Source of the DNA: the human T2T-CHM13v2.0 reference genome, Homo sapiens
NCBI RefSeq assembly: GCF_009914755.1
Contig: NC_060937.1
Length of the DNA stretch: 64,000 bases
Reading direction: 5' to 3' (one strand)
In this document: positions 30,010 through 44,236 of the stretch, one piece after another
Layout of the letters: every line of letters begins with the position of its first letter
Numbering within the stretch: position 1 is the stretch's first letter
Program-made: the position numbers and the translations under genes
Notes under the pieces: model-generated
Told to the model about the DNA's origin: nothing
Databases searched by the model: none
Seen by the model: the letters and a program-made list of their open reading frames with translations, nothing else

Positions 30010-30365
30010 AGTAGATACCATGGAGAGCTGCCCAGATCCCTGGCCCCTCAGAACTGAGATGCTCTATTAAATACCCAGGGCCTAGGATTCACAGCTTCAG
30101 CCTTCTCCAGGAACTGCCCTCACCAAAAAAAGGCTGCCTTACCCAAAATTGCACCCACTCCGTGCAGTCTGCATGAACGGTTACATAATGTCATGGGTAC
30201 AAAGGCTCAGCTCCCATTGAAGGTAATGGCAAAAACTGCAATTGCTTTCGCACCAAAGTAGTATCTATCTGTCTACCTGTCTATCTGTCCGCCTATCTTC
30301 TGTTGATCTATCTACTTATCTACCTGTCTACCTATCTATTGATCAATCTTTCTATTGATCTATCA
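30010..30365. mobile_element. LTR16-like fragment (~30010-30213), half MADE1 mariner MITE (~30214-30261), degenerate (TATC)n (~30262-30365)
   Basis: ctccaggaactgccctcacc...gctgccttacccaaa (LTR16); taatggcaaaaactgcaattgctttcgcacca (MADE1 arm). Confidence 0.65.
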
Positions 30366-31424
30366 TCCCCCCGTCTCTTCCCCTCCCTCCCCCTCTCCTC
30401 TCCCTCTCTCTCTCCAGTTTCTCCAGGGAGACTATGGGGAGTATGACAGACTTTTCTCAGCAGGAGCCCATCCTGACAGTGATACAACCCCAGATTCCCC
30501 ACCAGGGTCGGGGAGCAAGTTATGCCCTTACTTAGGTCATGACTGAATACAGCAAAGGACACAAAGATTTGAGGAGGTCTGGAAGTTGGTGGATGCTACC
30601 GGAGTTGACTCAGGCAGCAGTCCTAGGGTTACCCAAGGAACCTAACTGGTTCCTTGAGGGTCAAAAGGAGGACTGGTGTGGGTGGAACAGTACAGTCCTC
30701 TGGTAAGCAGCATCTGCCACGTGGGGAGGCAGGGGACGCCTTGGCTGCCATGCCACTTGATTAGCTTTACTCTCAGACCACTGGGTGTAGGGGGTCAGCC
30801 CTGTAGGTGGAGACTGGCTGATGTTAAGGACTGCAGTCTATTCAAGGTATCTTCAATATCCATATACTTCCCCAGTCACAGAGTAGAAGGAAGGATCAGA
30901 TTTTATAAAGCAAAAAATCCGGCCTACAACAAAGCAGTAATCACGTTCTAGGCTAGAACTTTGTAATATTGACATTACTTCTCTGAGTAACTAAGTTATT
31001 ATCTTTAAAATGATTGGTTACTTTCTTTTAGGCATGAATCCTCACTATTTAAAAACTCAAAGCAAAAGAATCGCTAAGTAACTCAGACCCTAATGGCTTT
31101 CTCAAAGATCACATTCTCATTTCATATTGTAATTTTTTTGATGAGACAGTGTTTTTATATTTATACTACTGAACCAATTTTATTTTAAAAATAACTAATT
31201 TGAAATTATAGCATCATGAAATAGAAATTGAGCACATAAACACATCTACCCAGCGTCTTCCTTATTCTAAGTGATAATTTCTTTGTGGCCCCAATTTCTA
31301 GTATAACATGCAGAATTTAGGAGTTTTATAACAACCAAAATTATTTACAGTGGTGATCCCCAAGTCCCTGAATGTCCACCTTGAAGTGCAATGTTATATC
31401 CTTTTTCTAGCCTCAATGGTTCCA

Positions 31425-32065
31425 GCCACTGCTCACCACCTTGGGTCAGTCCGCCATCATCTCTCCTCAATAGTGCAGTAGCCTCTGTAGTGATCTTCCT
31501 GCTTCTTTCCTTGCTTATTTTAATCTTTTTTCAGCACCATAGAAAGAATGACTATTAAACATTTGTTAGGCCATGCCAGTCTTCAGCCCAAACTGTAAAG
31601 GCAAAAGCCTTACAATGGCCCATAGCTCTGTGTTATCTGATCCCTCACTACCTCTTAACCCCATTTCCTACTATTCTCCCCGGACTCACTTGACTTCAGC
31701 CACAATGAGCTTCTTGCTTTCCCCTGAGACATTAGGCATTCTCCCATGTTTCTCTTCTAAATACCCACATGCTTTGCTTTCCTGTCTCCTTCAAATCTCT
31801 GCTCAAATAGCATCTCAGTGAGGGCCTCCCTGACCACTCTTCACATTCCATCACACACACCCTTTTCTCCTTTATTTTTCTCCATAGCAATTGATCATCA
31901 TCTAACACACTTATATTTTCTTTGTTCATTATATGTCTCCCCTCACTAGAAAGCAAGTTCCCAGAGTTCAGGGATTGTTACCAGTTTGTTCATTGCTAGA
32001 CTATAGTGCCTGGAGCAGTATCTTTCATATAGTGTACCTTCAATAAATATTGTTAAAGGGATTGA
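31425..32065 (+). mobile_element. LINE-2 (L2a-like) 3' fragment
   Basis: ctccttcaaatctctgctcaaatagcatctcagtgagggcctccctgaccac...cactagaaagcaagttcc...caataaatattgtt. Confidence 0.85.
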
Positions 32066-32229
32066 TCTTAAGTCATCTATAACATTAAGCTTAAAAATAG
32101 TAAAGATACAACGAAATAATAAAAACCACAGGCAAGAGCCAATTGCTATAAAAAGAACAGAAAAACTTTAAATCTAACAGCTGTCTTAGAAATAAAAATA
32201 ATCGTTATTGAATGTAAAAACTTGATGGT

Positions 32230-32531
<302 letters not shown>

Positions 32532-32805
32532 TTATGGCTAGGGACTAGCTGATTAGAGACACCCAGCAAGATCATTAGAAAACTGAAAGAAATTACACAG
32601 AAAGCAGTATAGACAGATTAAAAGATGGAAGTTAAGGAAAATGAGAGGGTCCCCAAAACTGTCTATAAGAGTTCCAGAAATGAGAAAGTGAGAAGTAGAG
32701 GAGAAATTCAGAAGAAATAATTGCTTATTTTTTTCCATAGTGAAAAATAAGAATCCGTGAGTCCCAAACAAAATATATTCATGTCTATATTCAAAAAAAG
32801 GAAGA

Positions 32806-33110
32806 GACTGGGTACAGTGGCTCACATCTATAATCCCAGCACTTTGGAGGATCACTTGAGCCCAGGAATTTGAGACCAGCCTAGGCAACAAAGTGAGACC
32901 CCCGTCTCTACAAAAAATTAAAAATTATTCAGGTGTGGTGGCACATGACTTTAGTCCCAGTTACTTGAGAGACTGAGGTGGAAGGATTGCTTGAGCCCAG
33001 GAGGTCTAGGCTACAGTGAGCCACGTTCACACCACTGCACTCCAGCTTAGGTGATGCAGCGAGACCCTGTCTCAAAAAAAAAAAAAAAAAAAAAAAAGAA
33101 AGAAAGAAAG
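32806..33110 (+). mobile_element. AluJ SINE
   Basis: ggatcacttgagcccagg and gaggtctaggctacagtgagc are J-type; long A tail. Confidence 0.95.
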
Positions 33111-33634
33111 AAGAAAACTGTAAAACACTGAAAACAAATAGAAACGTATAAAACAATCAGAGAGAATAAACAGATTACTTGTAAAGGAACAACCATTAAG
33201 TCAACATGGTCAAGTGGTCCCTTTCTTTTATCTTCCCTCCTTTTGAAAAGTAACCACTATCTGATTAAAACAAAAAATAGGTCAAAAAGCAATATAAAAA
33301 GGAAAAAGCAAACTTTGAAAAGAACCAGAGAGAGTTTCTAGAAATGAAAAGCAGAACCACTGAAACAAAAAACTTAATGTATAAATTAAACAGATTCTAT
33401 CATCGGCAATGAACAAGGTCCATTGGCAATTATCTCTGGAGGTTAAGATTTCAAAAGCTTTTAATTTTTTCCTCATTCTTTTATGTATTGTTTGAATATG
33501 TGTATAATTAGCTATGATTAGTATGTCATTTCAATAATTAAAAAAATAAGTAAACTGCTTTCAAAAACTCGAGACAATGGAAAATTCTCTTATTTGAATG
33601 TGTGTATCTCTGATTACTGTGGAAGTTTGCATTT

Positions 33635-33960
33635 GTCAGGATGGATGAGATAGGCTTACATCATCGGAAGGCTATTTGATGCTCATGCTAGATCCCCACC
33701 ATGGGTTGTCTGGGGTCTCTGTCATTCTCACAGGGGATCCAGGCTCAAGGAACAACTGATCTCTCTGGAGTATTGCAGTAGCCACGGCACAGAGAGCTCA
33801 GTGAATCAACGCTGGCTGTTAATGCTTCCTGCTAAAAGTGATGTACACAATTTTACTCACATTTCATTGCCCAAAGCAAGCCTATGTCCATGTGTGATAA
33901 GTAAATCTACCTTGTGTCTGGTAGCAAAAATAAAAATTTCATGAAAAGCATAAATGGCTG
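33635..33960 (-). mobile_element. Old MaLR LTR (MLT1K/L-like)
   Basis: ctcacatttcattgcccaaagcaag and ggatccaggctcaaggaacaact motifs. Confidence 0.5.
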
Positions 33961-34343
33961 CTACATAAACATGTTTCCACATGTTGTCCATTCTTCGTAT
34001 TTCTTTTTAAGTGTATTGTCCATTTAGTTTCTTTATCTATTAGAGCCCTTAGAATTCTAATAACACTTAGTTTATTCTTTACCCTAACCAGAGCCCTAGT
34101 AAACTATACTTCTAACCATGGTCTCCAGTCAATTTGAAACAGCTTGCTTTCACCTTAAATTGATGAGTCTTTTTCCTGATTTAGATATTCTCTTTTCTGT
34201 GTTATAGTCCAGTACAAAAGGTCCAACAAAGGCTTCTTTTTGTTCTTCTACCTCTATATAGATTATTACTATTACCCTTCTTCCTCATAATTTCTGGACC
34301 TAATTCTTCTAAAAGCCCCAAGATTTTCCATTAATTTCATTAC

Positions 34344-34573
34344 CCGCATCTGCCAAATCCACCTCCATACTCAGACCAGCAGCTCGCCTTGGTCACAGAA
34401 ATGGTGTTCCCTTCTGCAGATGTCACCATTAATCCATGTGTAGTGTTTTGTAAGGAGAGCTCTTAATAGACACCAATGAGTATTTTTATACAGTAATGAC
34501 AAAGACAAGGCGGAGGATGCCCAATGTCCACGCAGTCACTTCGGTCTTTGTATACTTTGTGAGCCAAATTTTG
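34344..34573 (-). ncRNA. Candidate 230-nt exon
   Basis: Very strong acceptor ttttttcttttttctgttgttgctttag|C; donor CGG|gtaatg; stops in all three frames. Confidence 0.4.
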
Positions 34574-35273
34574 CTAAAGCAACAACAGAAAAAAGAAAAA
34601 AACCACTGATAAATTCCAAATACTTTTTGTATTTTCTTTTTTTTTTTTCATATTTTCTAAATGTCCTAAAAGTACTAACTCTGTGTTGGCACATAATAGG
34701 TATTCAGTAAGTTGACTCTGAATCAAATAGAGTGAAACTACATATTCAGAGTTCACAGACGCATGAGATACTGTGTACAGATTTTTAACTAGTTATCCAC
34801 AACAAAAGCCTACTACTTTTGGATGCTCAAAACAACCAAAAAGCAAACAAAGATTTTAATACCTTAAGCGTATGCTCTGTAAATTATTCAGCAAATCATC
34901 CAACTTTTGGCTAATTAACACTATTTTGGTGAACATTAAAAGTATAATACAGTGTATGTAATTAAATTTTAACAAAATTATTACCTGTTTAAAACTAGTT
35001 GCAGGTAGGAGGAAATTAATCTGCTAAACAAAGTACTCTTGTTTGGTTGCAGAGTATAAACTTGTTACAGTTTACCCCATTGTCTCTGTTTCAGGGACTT
35101 GATATTTTTATGGGGAAAATTTAAAGCACAGGGCACCCTGATCTTTACATGATTTTGTTTTATTCTTATAATTCAACATACAGTAGATTCATGTGTGATG
35201 CAGATATTTGGCTATTAAAGAAAAAAGAAGATGGCATATGGTCAAAATTATACTTGGAAGATCCTTTGGCTTA

Positions 35274-35570
<297 letters not shown>

Positions 35571-36712
35571 TGAAGCACATGTGATGTAGCTCTATTATAA
35601 ATTCTCAAAAAGACCATAGTGTAGTTATATGCAATACTGGCAGCCTTGTTATTTATTTAATGTGTAAAATTTTATTATGGAAAAGTCTACAAACCAAAAA
35701 TGAAATGTAAGTCTAGGATCTGTAGAATCAGTATTTTATTTCACATTTGATTGATTAACGGTCCAAATTTCATTAAAAAAATAGCACTCCTGCTTTCAGA
35801 AGCAGTCTGTGGGAATGATGGTAGGAGCACATAAGAGACACATAAAGTATTAGTCAGTAATTGACTTCGGTTTATACAAACTGAATATTTAAAAGCACTG
35901 AGCCATACCTTCAGCCAAAATGTTTCCATATTTCTACATTTTTAAGGCCTGACATTACCAAGAGTATTGACGCTAAGAATGTTCTCAATAATTTTCTGAC
36001 TTCTCTTTGTAACAAGAGGATTCTGGTCTATATAATTTTATAGGCTTTACTGTTTACAGGCTTCACAGCCGTACAACGGCTATCCCTGCTAAAATCTGCT
36101 TAGGTTTTTCAAAATAGCACTCTTTATAGTATCGTAATTTTTTGTTTGTCAGAGGAATAAACTAAAGATAACAAAAACCTTCATTACTATATTTCTAATG
36201 CTACCATTACTATATTGTGTTGTGAAGTGAAATCCCTAAATTTTTTGCCAGGATTAGAAACATTAATACCAAAGTAGAGAAAATAATGAGTGGAATATTG
36301 TTTTCCTATCAGTTATTCATCTAGGAATATATCCCCAAATTTAAGAGAGAAACAATCATCCTAAAAATATCAGATAACTTTTCTGCTTTGGTGAGAATTG
36401 CAGTGTAGCTGCAAAAAAGCATTTTTCTTTAAAAATACAATATGTTACAGAAGACTGAGGTCATTCTGAATGACTGAAAATCAATACTCATTATACCAAG
36501 ATGTTTATGTGAACGATCAGGTTGATTGTGTACTGACCCCAAAACAAAGCCTGAAGTGTTCTTTTAAAAAATTAATATTATGTAACTTTTTGTTTTCTTA
36601 TAGTTTGACTTTCTTTTGGAAAGAAAAACTTTTAAAATACAACAGATCGAAATTTTGTTTAATTGTGACCAAAAAAGTAAATAAATATTTTCCTTTAAGT
36701 AAAACATAGCCT

Positions 36713-39700
36713 GGCTTCATTGGCAAGATGGCCGTATAGGAACAGCTCCAGTCTGCAGCTCCCAACAAGATTGACACAGAAGGTGGGTGATTTCTGCATT
36801 TCCAACTGAGGTACCTGGTCTATCTCACTGGGACTGGTTGGAAAGTGGGTACGGCCCACGGAGGGCGAGCCAAAGCAGGATGGGGCAATGCCTCACCAGG
36901 GAAGCTCAAGGGGTCAGGGGATCTCCCTCCCCCAGCCAAGGGAAGCTGTGAGAGAATGTACCAGAGGAATGGTGCACTCCAGCCCAGATACTGCACTTTT
37001 CCCATGGTCTTCACAACCAGCAGACCAGGACACTCCCTCCCTCCAGTACCTAAGCCACCAGGGCCCTGGATTTCAAGCACAAAACTGGGTGGCTATTTGG
37101 GCAGACACCGAGCTAGCAGCAGGAGTTGTTTTTTTTTTTCCCCCCCATACCCCAGTGGAACCTGGAAGTCCAGTGAGACAGAACCGTTTACTCCCCTGGA
37201 AAGGAGGCTGAAGCAAAGGAGCCAAGTGGTCTAGCTGGGATGGTCCCACCCCCACGGAGCCCAGGAAGCTAAGATCCACTGACTTGAAATTCCCGCTGCT
37301 AGCTGCTAGCAGAGCAGTCTGAGGTCGACCTGGGATGCCTGAGCTTGGTGGGGGGTGGGGCATCTGCCATTGCTGAGGCTTTAGTAGGCAGCTTTACCCT
37401 CGCAGTGTAAACAAAGCTGCCAGCAAGTTCAAACTGGGAGGAGCCCACCACAGCTCAGCAAGGCTGCTGCGACCAGAATGCCTCTCTAGATTCAGGCCAT
37501 CTCTGAAAAAAATGTAGCAGCCCCGGTCAGGGTCTTATAGGTAAAACCCCCATCTCCCTGGGACAGAGCACTGGGGAAGAGGTGACTGTGGTGCAGCTTC
37601 AGCAGACTTTTAAACGTACCTGCCTGACAGCTCTGAAGAGAGCAGCAGATCTCCCAGCCCAGCATTCAAACTCTGATAAGGGACAGACTGCCTTCTCAAG
37701 TGAGTCCCAGACCCCCATGTATCCGGATTGGGAGATACCTCCCAGTAGGGACCAACAGACACCTCATACGGGAGAGCTCTGGCTGGCATCTGGTGGGTGC
37801 CCCTCTGGGACAAAGCTTCCAGAGGAAGTAACAGTCAGCAATCCTTCCTGTTCTGCAGCCTCCACTGGTGATACCCAGGCAAACAGGGTCTGAAGTGGAC
37901 CTCCAGCAAACTCCAGCAGACCTGCAGCAGAGGGGCCTGTTAGAAGGAAAACTAACAAACAGAAAGGAATAGTATCAACATCAACAAAAGGATGTCCACT
38001 CAGAGAATCCATCCAAAGGTCACCAACATCAAAGACCAAAGGTAGATAAATCCACGAAGATGAGGAGAAACCAGCACAAAAAGGCTGAAAATTCCAAAAA
38101 CAAGAATGCCTCTACTCCTCCAAAGGATCACAACTCCTCACCAGCAAGGGAACAAAATTGGATGGAGAATGAGTTTGATGAATTGACAGAAGTAGGCTTC
38201 AGAAGGTGGGTAATAACAAACTCCTCCCAGCTAAAGGAACATGTTCTAACCTAATGCAAGGAATCTAAGAACCTTGAAAAAAGATTAGATGAATTGCTAA
38301 TTAGAGTAACCAGTTTAGAGAAGAACATAAATGACCTGATGGACATGAAAAACACAGCACAAAAACTTCAAGAAGCATACACAAGTATCAATAGCTGAAT
38401 CTATCAAGCAGAAGAAAGGATATCAGAGATTTGAAGATCAACTTAATAAAATAAAGCAAGAAGACAAGATTAGAGTGGAAAGAAAGCCTCCAAGAAATAC
38501 AGGACTATGTGAAAAGACCAAATCTACATTTGATTGGTGTATCTGAAAGTGACGAGGAGAATGGAACCAAGTTGGAAAATACTCTTCAGGATATTATCCA
38601 GGAGAACTTCCCCAACCTAGCAAGGCAGGCCATCATTCAAATTCAGAAAATACAGACAACACCACAAAGATACTCCTCAAGAAGAGCAACCCCAAGACAC
38701 ATAATTGTCAGATTCACCAAGGTTGAAATGAAGGGAAAAATGTTAAGGGCAGCCAAAGAGAAATGTTGGGTTACCCACAAAGGGAAGCCCATCAGACTAA
38801 CAGTGGATCTCACTGCAGAAACCCTACAAGCCAGAAGAGAGTGAAGACAAATATTCAACATTCTTAAAGAAAAGAATTTTCAACCAAGAATTTCATATCC
38901 AGCCAAATAAGCTTCATACATGAAAGAGAAATAAAATCTGTTATAGACAAGCAAATGCTAAGAGATTTTGTCACCACCAGACCTGCCTTACAAGAGCTCC
39001 TGAAGGAAGCACTAAACATGGAAAGGAACAACTGGTACTAGCCACTGCAAAAACATACCAAATTGTAAAGACCATTGACGCTATGAAGAAACTGCATCAA
39101 CTAACAGACAAAATAACCTGCTAGCATCATAATGACAGGATCAAATTCATACATAACAATATTAACCTTAAAGGTAAATGGGCTAAATGCCCCAATTAAA
39201 AGACACAGACTGACAAATTGGATAGAGTCAAGACCCATCAGTGTGCCATATTCAGGAGACCCATCTCACAGACAAAGACACACACAGGCTCAGAATAAAG
39301 GGATAGAGGAATATTTACCAAGCAAATGGAAAGCAAAAATAGCAGGGGTTGCGATCCTAGTCTCTGATAAAACAGACTTCAACAAAGATCAAAAAAGACA
39401 AAGAAGGGCATTACATAATGGTAAAGGGATCAATGCAACAAGAAGAGCTAACTGTCCTAAATATATATGCACCCAATACACGAGCACCCAGATTCATAAA
39501 GCAAGTTTGCAGAGACCTAAAAAGAGACTTAGACTCCCACAAAATAATAGCGGGATACTTTAACACCCCACTGTCAATATTAGACAGATCAGTAAGACAG
39601 AAAATTAACAAGGATATTCAGGACGTGTACTCAGCTCTGGACCAAGCAGACTGAGTAGACATCTACAGAACTCTCCACTGCAAATCAACAGAATATACAT

Positions 39701-42700
39701 TCTTCTCAGCACCAGATCACACTTATTCTAAAAACTGACCACATAATTGGAAGTAAAACACTCCTCAGCAAATGCAAAAGAACTGAAGTCATAACAGTCT
39801 CTCAGAGCACAGCACAATCAAATTAGAACTCAGGATTAAGAAACTCACTCAAAACCACAAAACTACATGAAAACTGAACAATCTGCTCCTAAATGACTCC
39901 TGGGTAAATAACAAAATTAAGGCAGAAATAAAGATGTTCTCTGAAACCAATGAGAACAAAGACACACTGTACCAGAATCTCTGGGACACATTTAAAGCAG
40001 TGTGTAGAGGGAAATTTATAGGACTAAATGCCCACAAGAGAAAGCAGGAAAGATCTAACATCAAGAGCTTAACATCACAATAAAAAGAACTAGAGAAGCA
40101 AAAGCAAACAAATTCAAAAGCTAGCAGAAGACAAAAAATAGCTAAGATCGGAGCAGAACTGAAGGAGATAGAGACACAAAAAAAACCCTCCAAAAAAAAT
40201 CAATGAATTTAGGAGATGGTTGTTTGAAAAGATCAACAAAATAGAGAGCTAGCCAGACTAATAAAGAAAAGAGAGAAGAATCAAATAGATGCAATAAAAA
40301 ATGATAAAAGGGATATCATCACTGATCCCACAGAAATACAAACTACTATCAGAGAACACTGTAAACAACTCTATGCAAATAAACTAGAAAATCTAGAAGA
40401 AATGGATAAATTCCTGGACACATACACCCTCCCAAGACTAAACCAGGAAGAAGTCAAATCCCTGATTAGACAAATAACAACTTCTGAAATTGAAGCAGTA
40501 ATTAATAGCCTACTAACCCAAAAAAGTCCAGGACCAGATGGATTCACAGCCAAATTCTACCAGAGGTACAAAGAGGAACTGGTACCATTCCTTCTGAAAC
40601 TACTTCAATCAATAGAAAAAGAGGGTATCCTCCCTAACTCATTTTACAAGGCCAGCATCATCCTGATACCAAAACCTGGCAGAAACACAAGAAAAAAAGA
40701 AAATTTCAGGCCAATATCCCTCATGAACATCGAAGCAAAAATCCTCAATAAAATACTGGCAAACCAAATCAAGCAGCACATCAAAAAGCTTATCCACTAT
40801 GATCAAGTCAGCTTCATCCCTGGAAGGCAAGGTTGGTTCAACATACACAAATCAATAAACGTAATCCATCACATAAACAGAACCAATGGCAAAAACCACA
40901 TAATTATCTCAATAGATTCAGAAAAGGCCTTTGACAAAATTCAACAGCATTTCATGCCAAAAACTGTCAATAAACTAGGTATTGATGGAACGTATCTCAA
41001 AATAATAAGAGCTATTTATGACAAACCCACAGCCAATATCATACTGAATGGACAAAAACTGGAAGCATTCCCTTTGAAAACCAGCACAAGACAAGGATGC
41101 CCTCTCTCACCACTCCCATTCAACACAGTATTGGACGTTCTGGCCAGAGCAATCAGGCAAGAGAAAGAAATAAAGGGTATTCAGTTAGGAAAAGAGGAAG
41201 TCAAATTGTCTCTGTTTGCAGATGACATGATTGTCTATTTAGCAAACCCAATTAACTCAGCCCAAAATCTCCTTAAGCTGATAAGCAACTTCAGCAAAGT
41301 CTCAGGATACAAAATCAATGTGCAAAAATCACAAGCATTCCTACACACGAACAGACAAACAGCCAAATCATAAGTGAACTGCCATTCACAATTGCTACAA
41401 AGAAAATGGAACACCTAGGAATCCAACTTAAAAGGGATATGAAGGACCTCTTCTAGGAGAACTACAAACCACTGCTCAAGGAAATAAGAGAAGACACAAA
41501 CAAATGGAAAAACATGCCATGTTCATTAATAGGAAGAATCAATATCGTGAAAATGGCCAACTGCCCAAAGTAATTTATAGATTCAATGCTATCCCCATCA
41601 ATCTACCATTGACTTTCTTCTCAGAACTAGAAAAAACTACCATAAATTTTATATGGAATGAAAAAAGAGCCTGCATAGCCAAGACAATCCTAAGCCAAAA
41701 GAACAAAGCTGAAGGCATCATGCTACCTTACTTCAAACTATACTATAAGGCTATGGTAACAAATACAGCATGGTACTGGTACCAAAACAGATATACAGAC
41801 CAGTGGAAAAGAACAGAGGTCTCAGAAATAACACCACACATCTACAACCATCTGATCTTTGACAAACCTGACAAAAACAAGCGATGGAGAAAGGATTCCC
41901 TATTTAATAAATAGTGTTGGGAAAACTGGCTAGCCACATGCAGAAAGCTATAGCTCAATCCCTTCTTTACACCTGATACAAAAATTAAGATGGATTAAAG
42001 AATTAAACATAAGACCTAAAACCATAAAAACTCTCGAAGAATATCTGGGCAATATGATTCAGGACATAGACATTGGCAAAGACTTCATGACTAAAACACC
42101 AAAAGCAATGGCAATAAAAGCCAAAATTGACAAATAGGATCTAATTAAAGAGTTTCTGCACAGCAAAAGAAACTATCATTGGAGTGAACAGGAAACCTAC
42201 AGAATGGGAGAAAAATTTTGCAATCTATCCATCTGACAAAGGGCTAATATCCAAACTCTACAAAGAACTTAAATTTACAAGAAAAAAAAAATAACTCCAT
42301 CAAAAAGTGGGTGAAGGATATGAACAGACACTTTTCAAAAGAACACATTTATGCAGCCAACAAACATGAAAAAAAGCTCATCATTGGTCATTAGAGAAAT
42401 GTAAATCAAAACCACCCACAATGTGATACCATCTCACACCAGTTAGAATGGTGATCATTAAAAAGTCAGGAAACAACAGATGCTGGAGAGGATGTGGAGA
42501 AATAGGAACACTTTTACACTTTGGTGGGAGTGTAAATTAGTTCAACTATTGTGGAAGACAGTGTGGCGATTCCTCAAGTATCTAGAACTAGAAATACCAT
42601 TTGACCCAGCTATCCCATTACTGGTCATATATCCAAAGGATTATAAATCATTCTACTATAAGGATACATGCACACATATGTTTATTGTGCCACTGTCCAC

Positions 42701-43123
42701 GATAGCAAAGACTTGGAACCAACCCAAATGTCCATCAATGATAGATTGGATAAAGAAAATGTGGCACATATACACCATGGAATACTATGCAGCCATAAAA
42801 AAGGATGAGTTCATGTCCTTTGCAGGGACATGGATGTAGCTGGAAACCACTATTCTCAGCAAACTAACACAAGAACAAAAAACCAAACACTGCATGTTCT
42901 CACTCATAATTGGGAGTTGAACAATGAGAACACATGGACACGGCGGTGGAGGCATCACACACTGGGGCCTGTCAGGGGGTGGAGGGCTAGGGGAGGGATA
43001 GCATTAGGAGAAGTACCTAATGTAGATGACGGGTTGATGGGTGCAGCAAACCACCATGGCATGTGTATACCTATGCAACAAACCTGCACATTTTGCAAAT
43101 GTACCCCAGAACTTAAACAAAAA
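36713..43123 (+). mobile_element. Full-length (6.4 kb) L1PA7/8-like LINE-1, inactive
   Basis: 5'UTR caagatggccg (YY1 site). ORF1 from 38060 and ORF2 from 39132 (MTGSNSYITILTL) are both broken by stops/frameshifts. TSD aaaa(c/a)atagcct at 36701-36712 and 43124-43135. Confidence 0.97.
40402..41373 (+). pseudogene. L1 ORF2 reverse-transcriptase domain remnant (323-aa open stretch)
   Basis: Motifs SPGPDGF, FRPISL, QGCPLSP and FADD present; EN and C-terminal parts disrupted. Confidence 0.92.
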
Positions 43124-43227
43124 AAAAAATAGCCTAAAGAGAATTAGCATTCAATCAGTGAGATTAATTAATTTTATTCTGCTAAGAGTTTCTTATTGTA
43201 GAATATGCCCTAATATGAAGTTCTACA

Positions 43228-43355
43228 TTCCAACTTTGACTCTGCCACAGGCTTTGTGGCCTTGGACACACTACTCAACCTCCCTTATCCTATATTTCCA
43301 CATTTGTAAAATGAGGATTCACTTTTCTAAAGAGCTCCATTTCTCTCTGAAATGA
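43228..43355 (+). mobile_element. MIR fragment
   Basis: ctctgccac...tgtggccttggac...tttccacatttgtaaaatgagg. Confidence 0.6.
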
Positions 43356-43631
43356 TTCTCCAGAGATGCTGTGTCAAGATGGGGCAGTTTAATTGATTTA
43401 AAGCATTTCAAGACTAATTTAAGACCTCTACTTCTGACAGATTTATTCGCCTTCCTAAAACAATGAACAAAATGAATGAAATATAGCCATATATCACTTA
43501 ATGATGGGGATACATTTTGAGAAATGCATCCTTAGATGATTTCTTCCTTGTGCGAAACAACAGGGTGGACTTACACAAACCTAGATAGTACAGCCTACTA
43601 CACACCTAGGCTATAAGGTTTGTTATTTATT

Positions 43632-43937
43632 TTTATTTATTTATTTATTTATTTATTGAGACAGAGTCTCGCTCTGTCGCCCAGGCTGGAGTGCAGAGGT
43701 GCAATCTTGGCTCACTGCAACCTTCGCCTCCTGAGTTCAAGCAATTCTCCTGCTTCAGCCTCCTGAGTAGCTGAGATTACAGGTGCATGCCACCACGCCC
43801 AGCTAATTTTTGTGATTTTAGTAGAGATGGGGTTTCACCATCTTGGTCAGGCTGGTCTCAAACTCCTGACCTCATGACCTGCCTACCTAGCCCTCCTAAA
43901 GTGCTGAGATTACAGGCTTGAGCCACCACACCCAGCC
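43632..43937 (-). mobile_element. AluS (Sg-like) inserted in the NUMT edge
   Basis: Antisense dimer; TSD tgttatttatt at 43621-43631 and 43938-43948. Confidence 0.96.
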
Positions 43938-44236
43938 TGTTATTTATTAATATTGAGTTGTTAATTATCAGATTTTCTGGTCTGATGTAAGCTTATGCAG
44001 GGAGAATGAGTTCTTGTTACTTATACTAACAGTATTTCTTCTATTAAATAATAGATTAGTGCAATGTGGTGCTAGGAGCTAGGTAAATTGTTTGGGATTA
44101 AGAACATATGAATGTTGAGCTTAAACGCTTTCTTAATTGATGGCTGATTTTAGGCCAGCTATTGTTATGTAGTGTTTTACTCTCTATGGGGAGGTTATTT
44201 CCTAGTGTCTAAAGAGCTGTCCCTTTTTAAACTAAT
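43938..44236 (-). pseudogene. MT-RNR2: NUMT: nuclear copy of a mitochondrial 16S rRNA fragment
   Basis: Minus strand reads acagctctttagacactaggaaa...cagccatcaattaagaaagcgtttaagctcaaca...tgttagtataagtaaca...gcataagcttacatcaga. Colinear with mammalian mt 16S (about rCRS 2.1-2.4 kb, from memory). Confidence 0.92.

Noticed and set aside
40402-41373. 323-aa ORF as an active or domesticated RT gene
   Set aside because: Ordinary surviving stretch of a decayed L1 ORF2; ORF1, EN and C-terminus are broken.
44160-44236. Region of the NUMT homologous to the mitochondrial SHLP2 micropeptide; humanin-like gene
   Set aside because: The SHLP2-like frame reads ...RLFPSV then TAA and lacks the homologous start. 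The humanin part of 16S lies outside this fragment.
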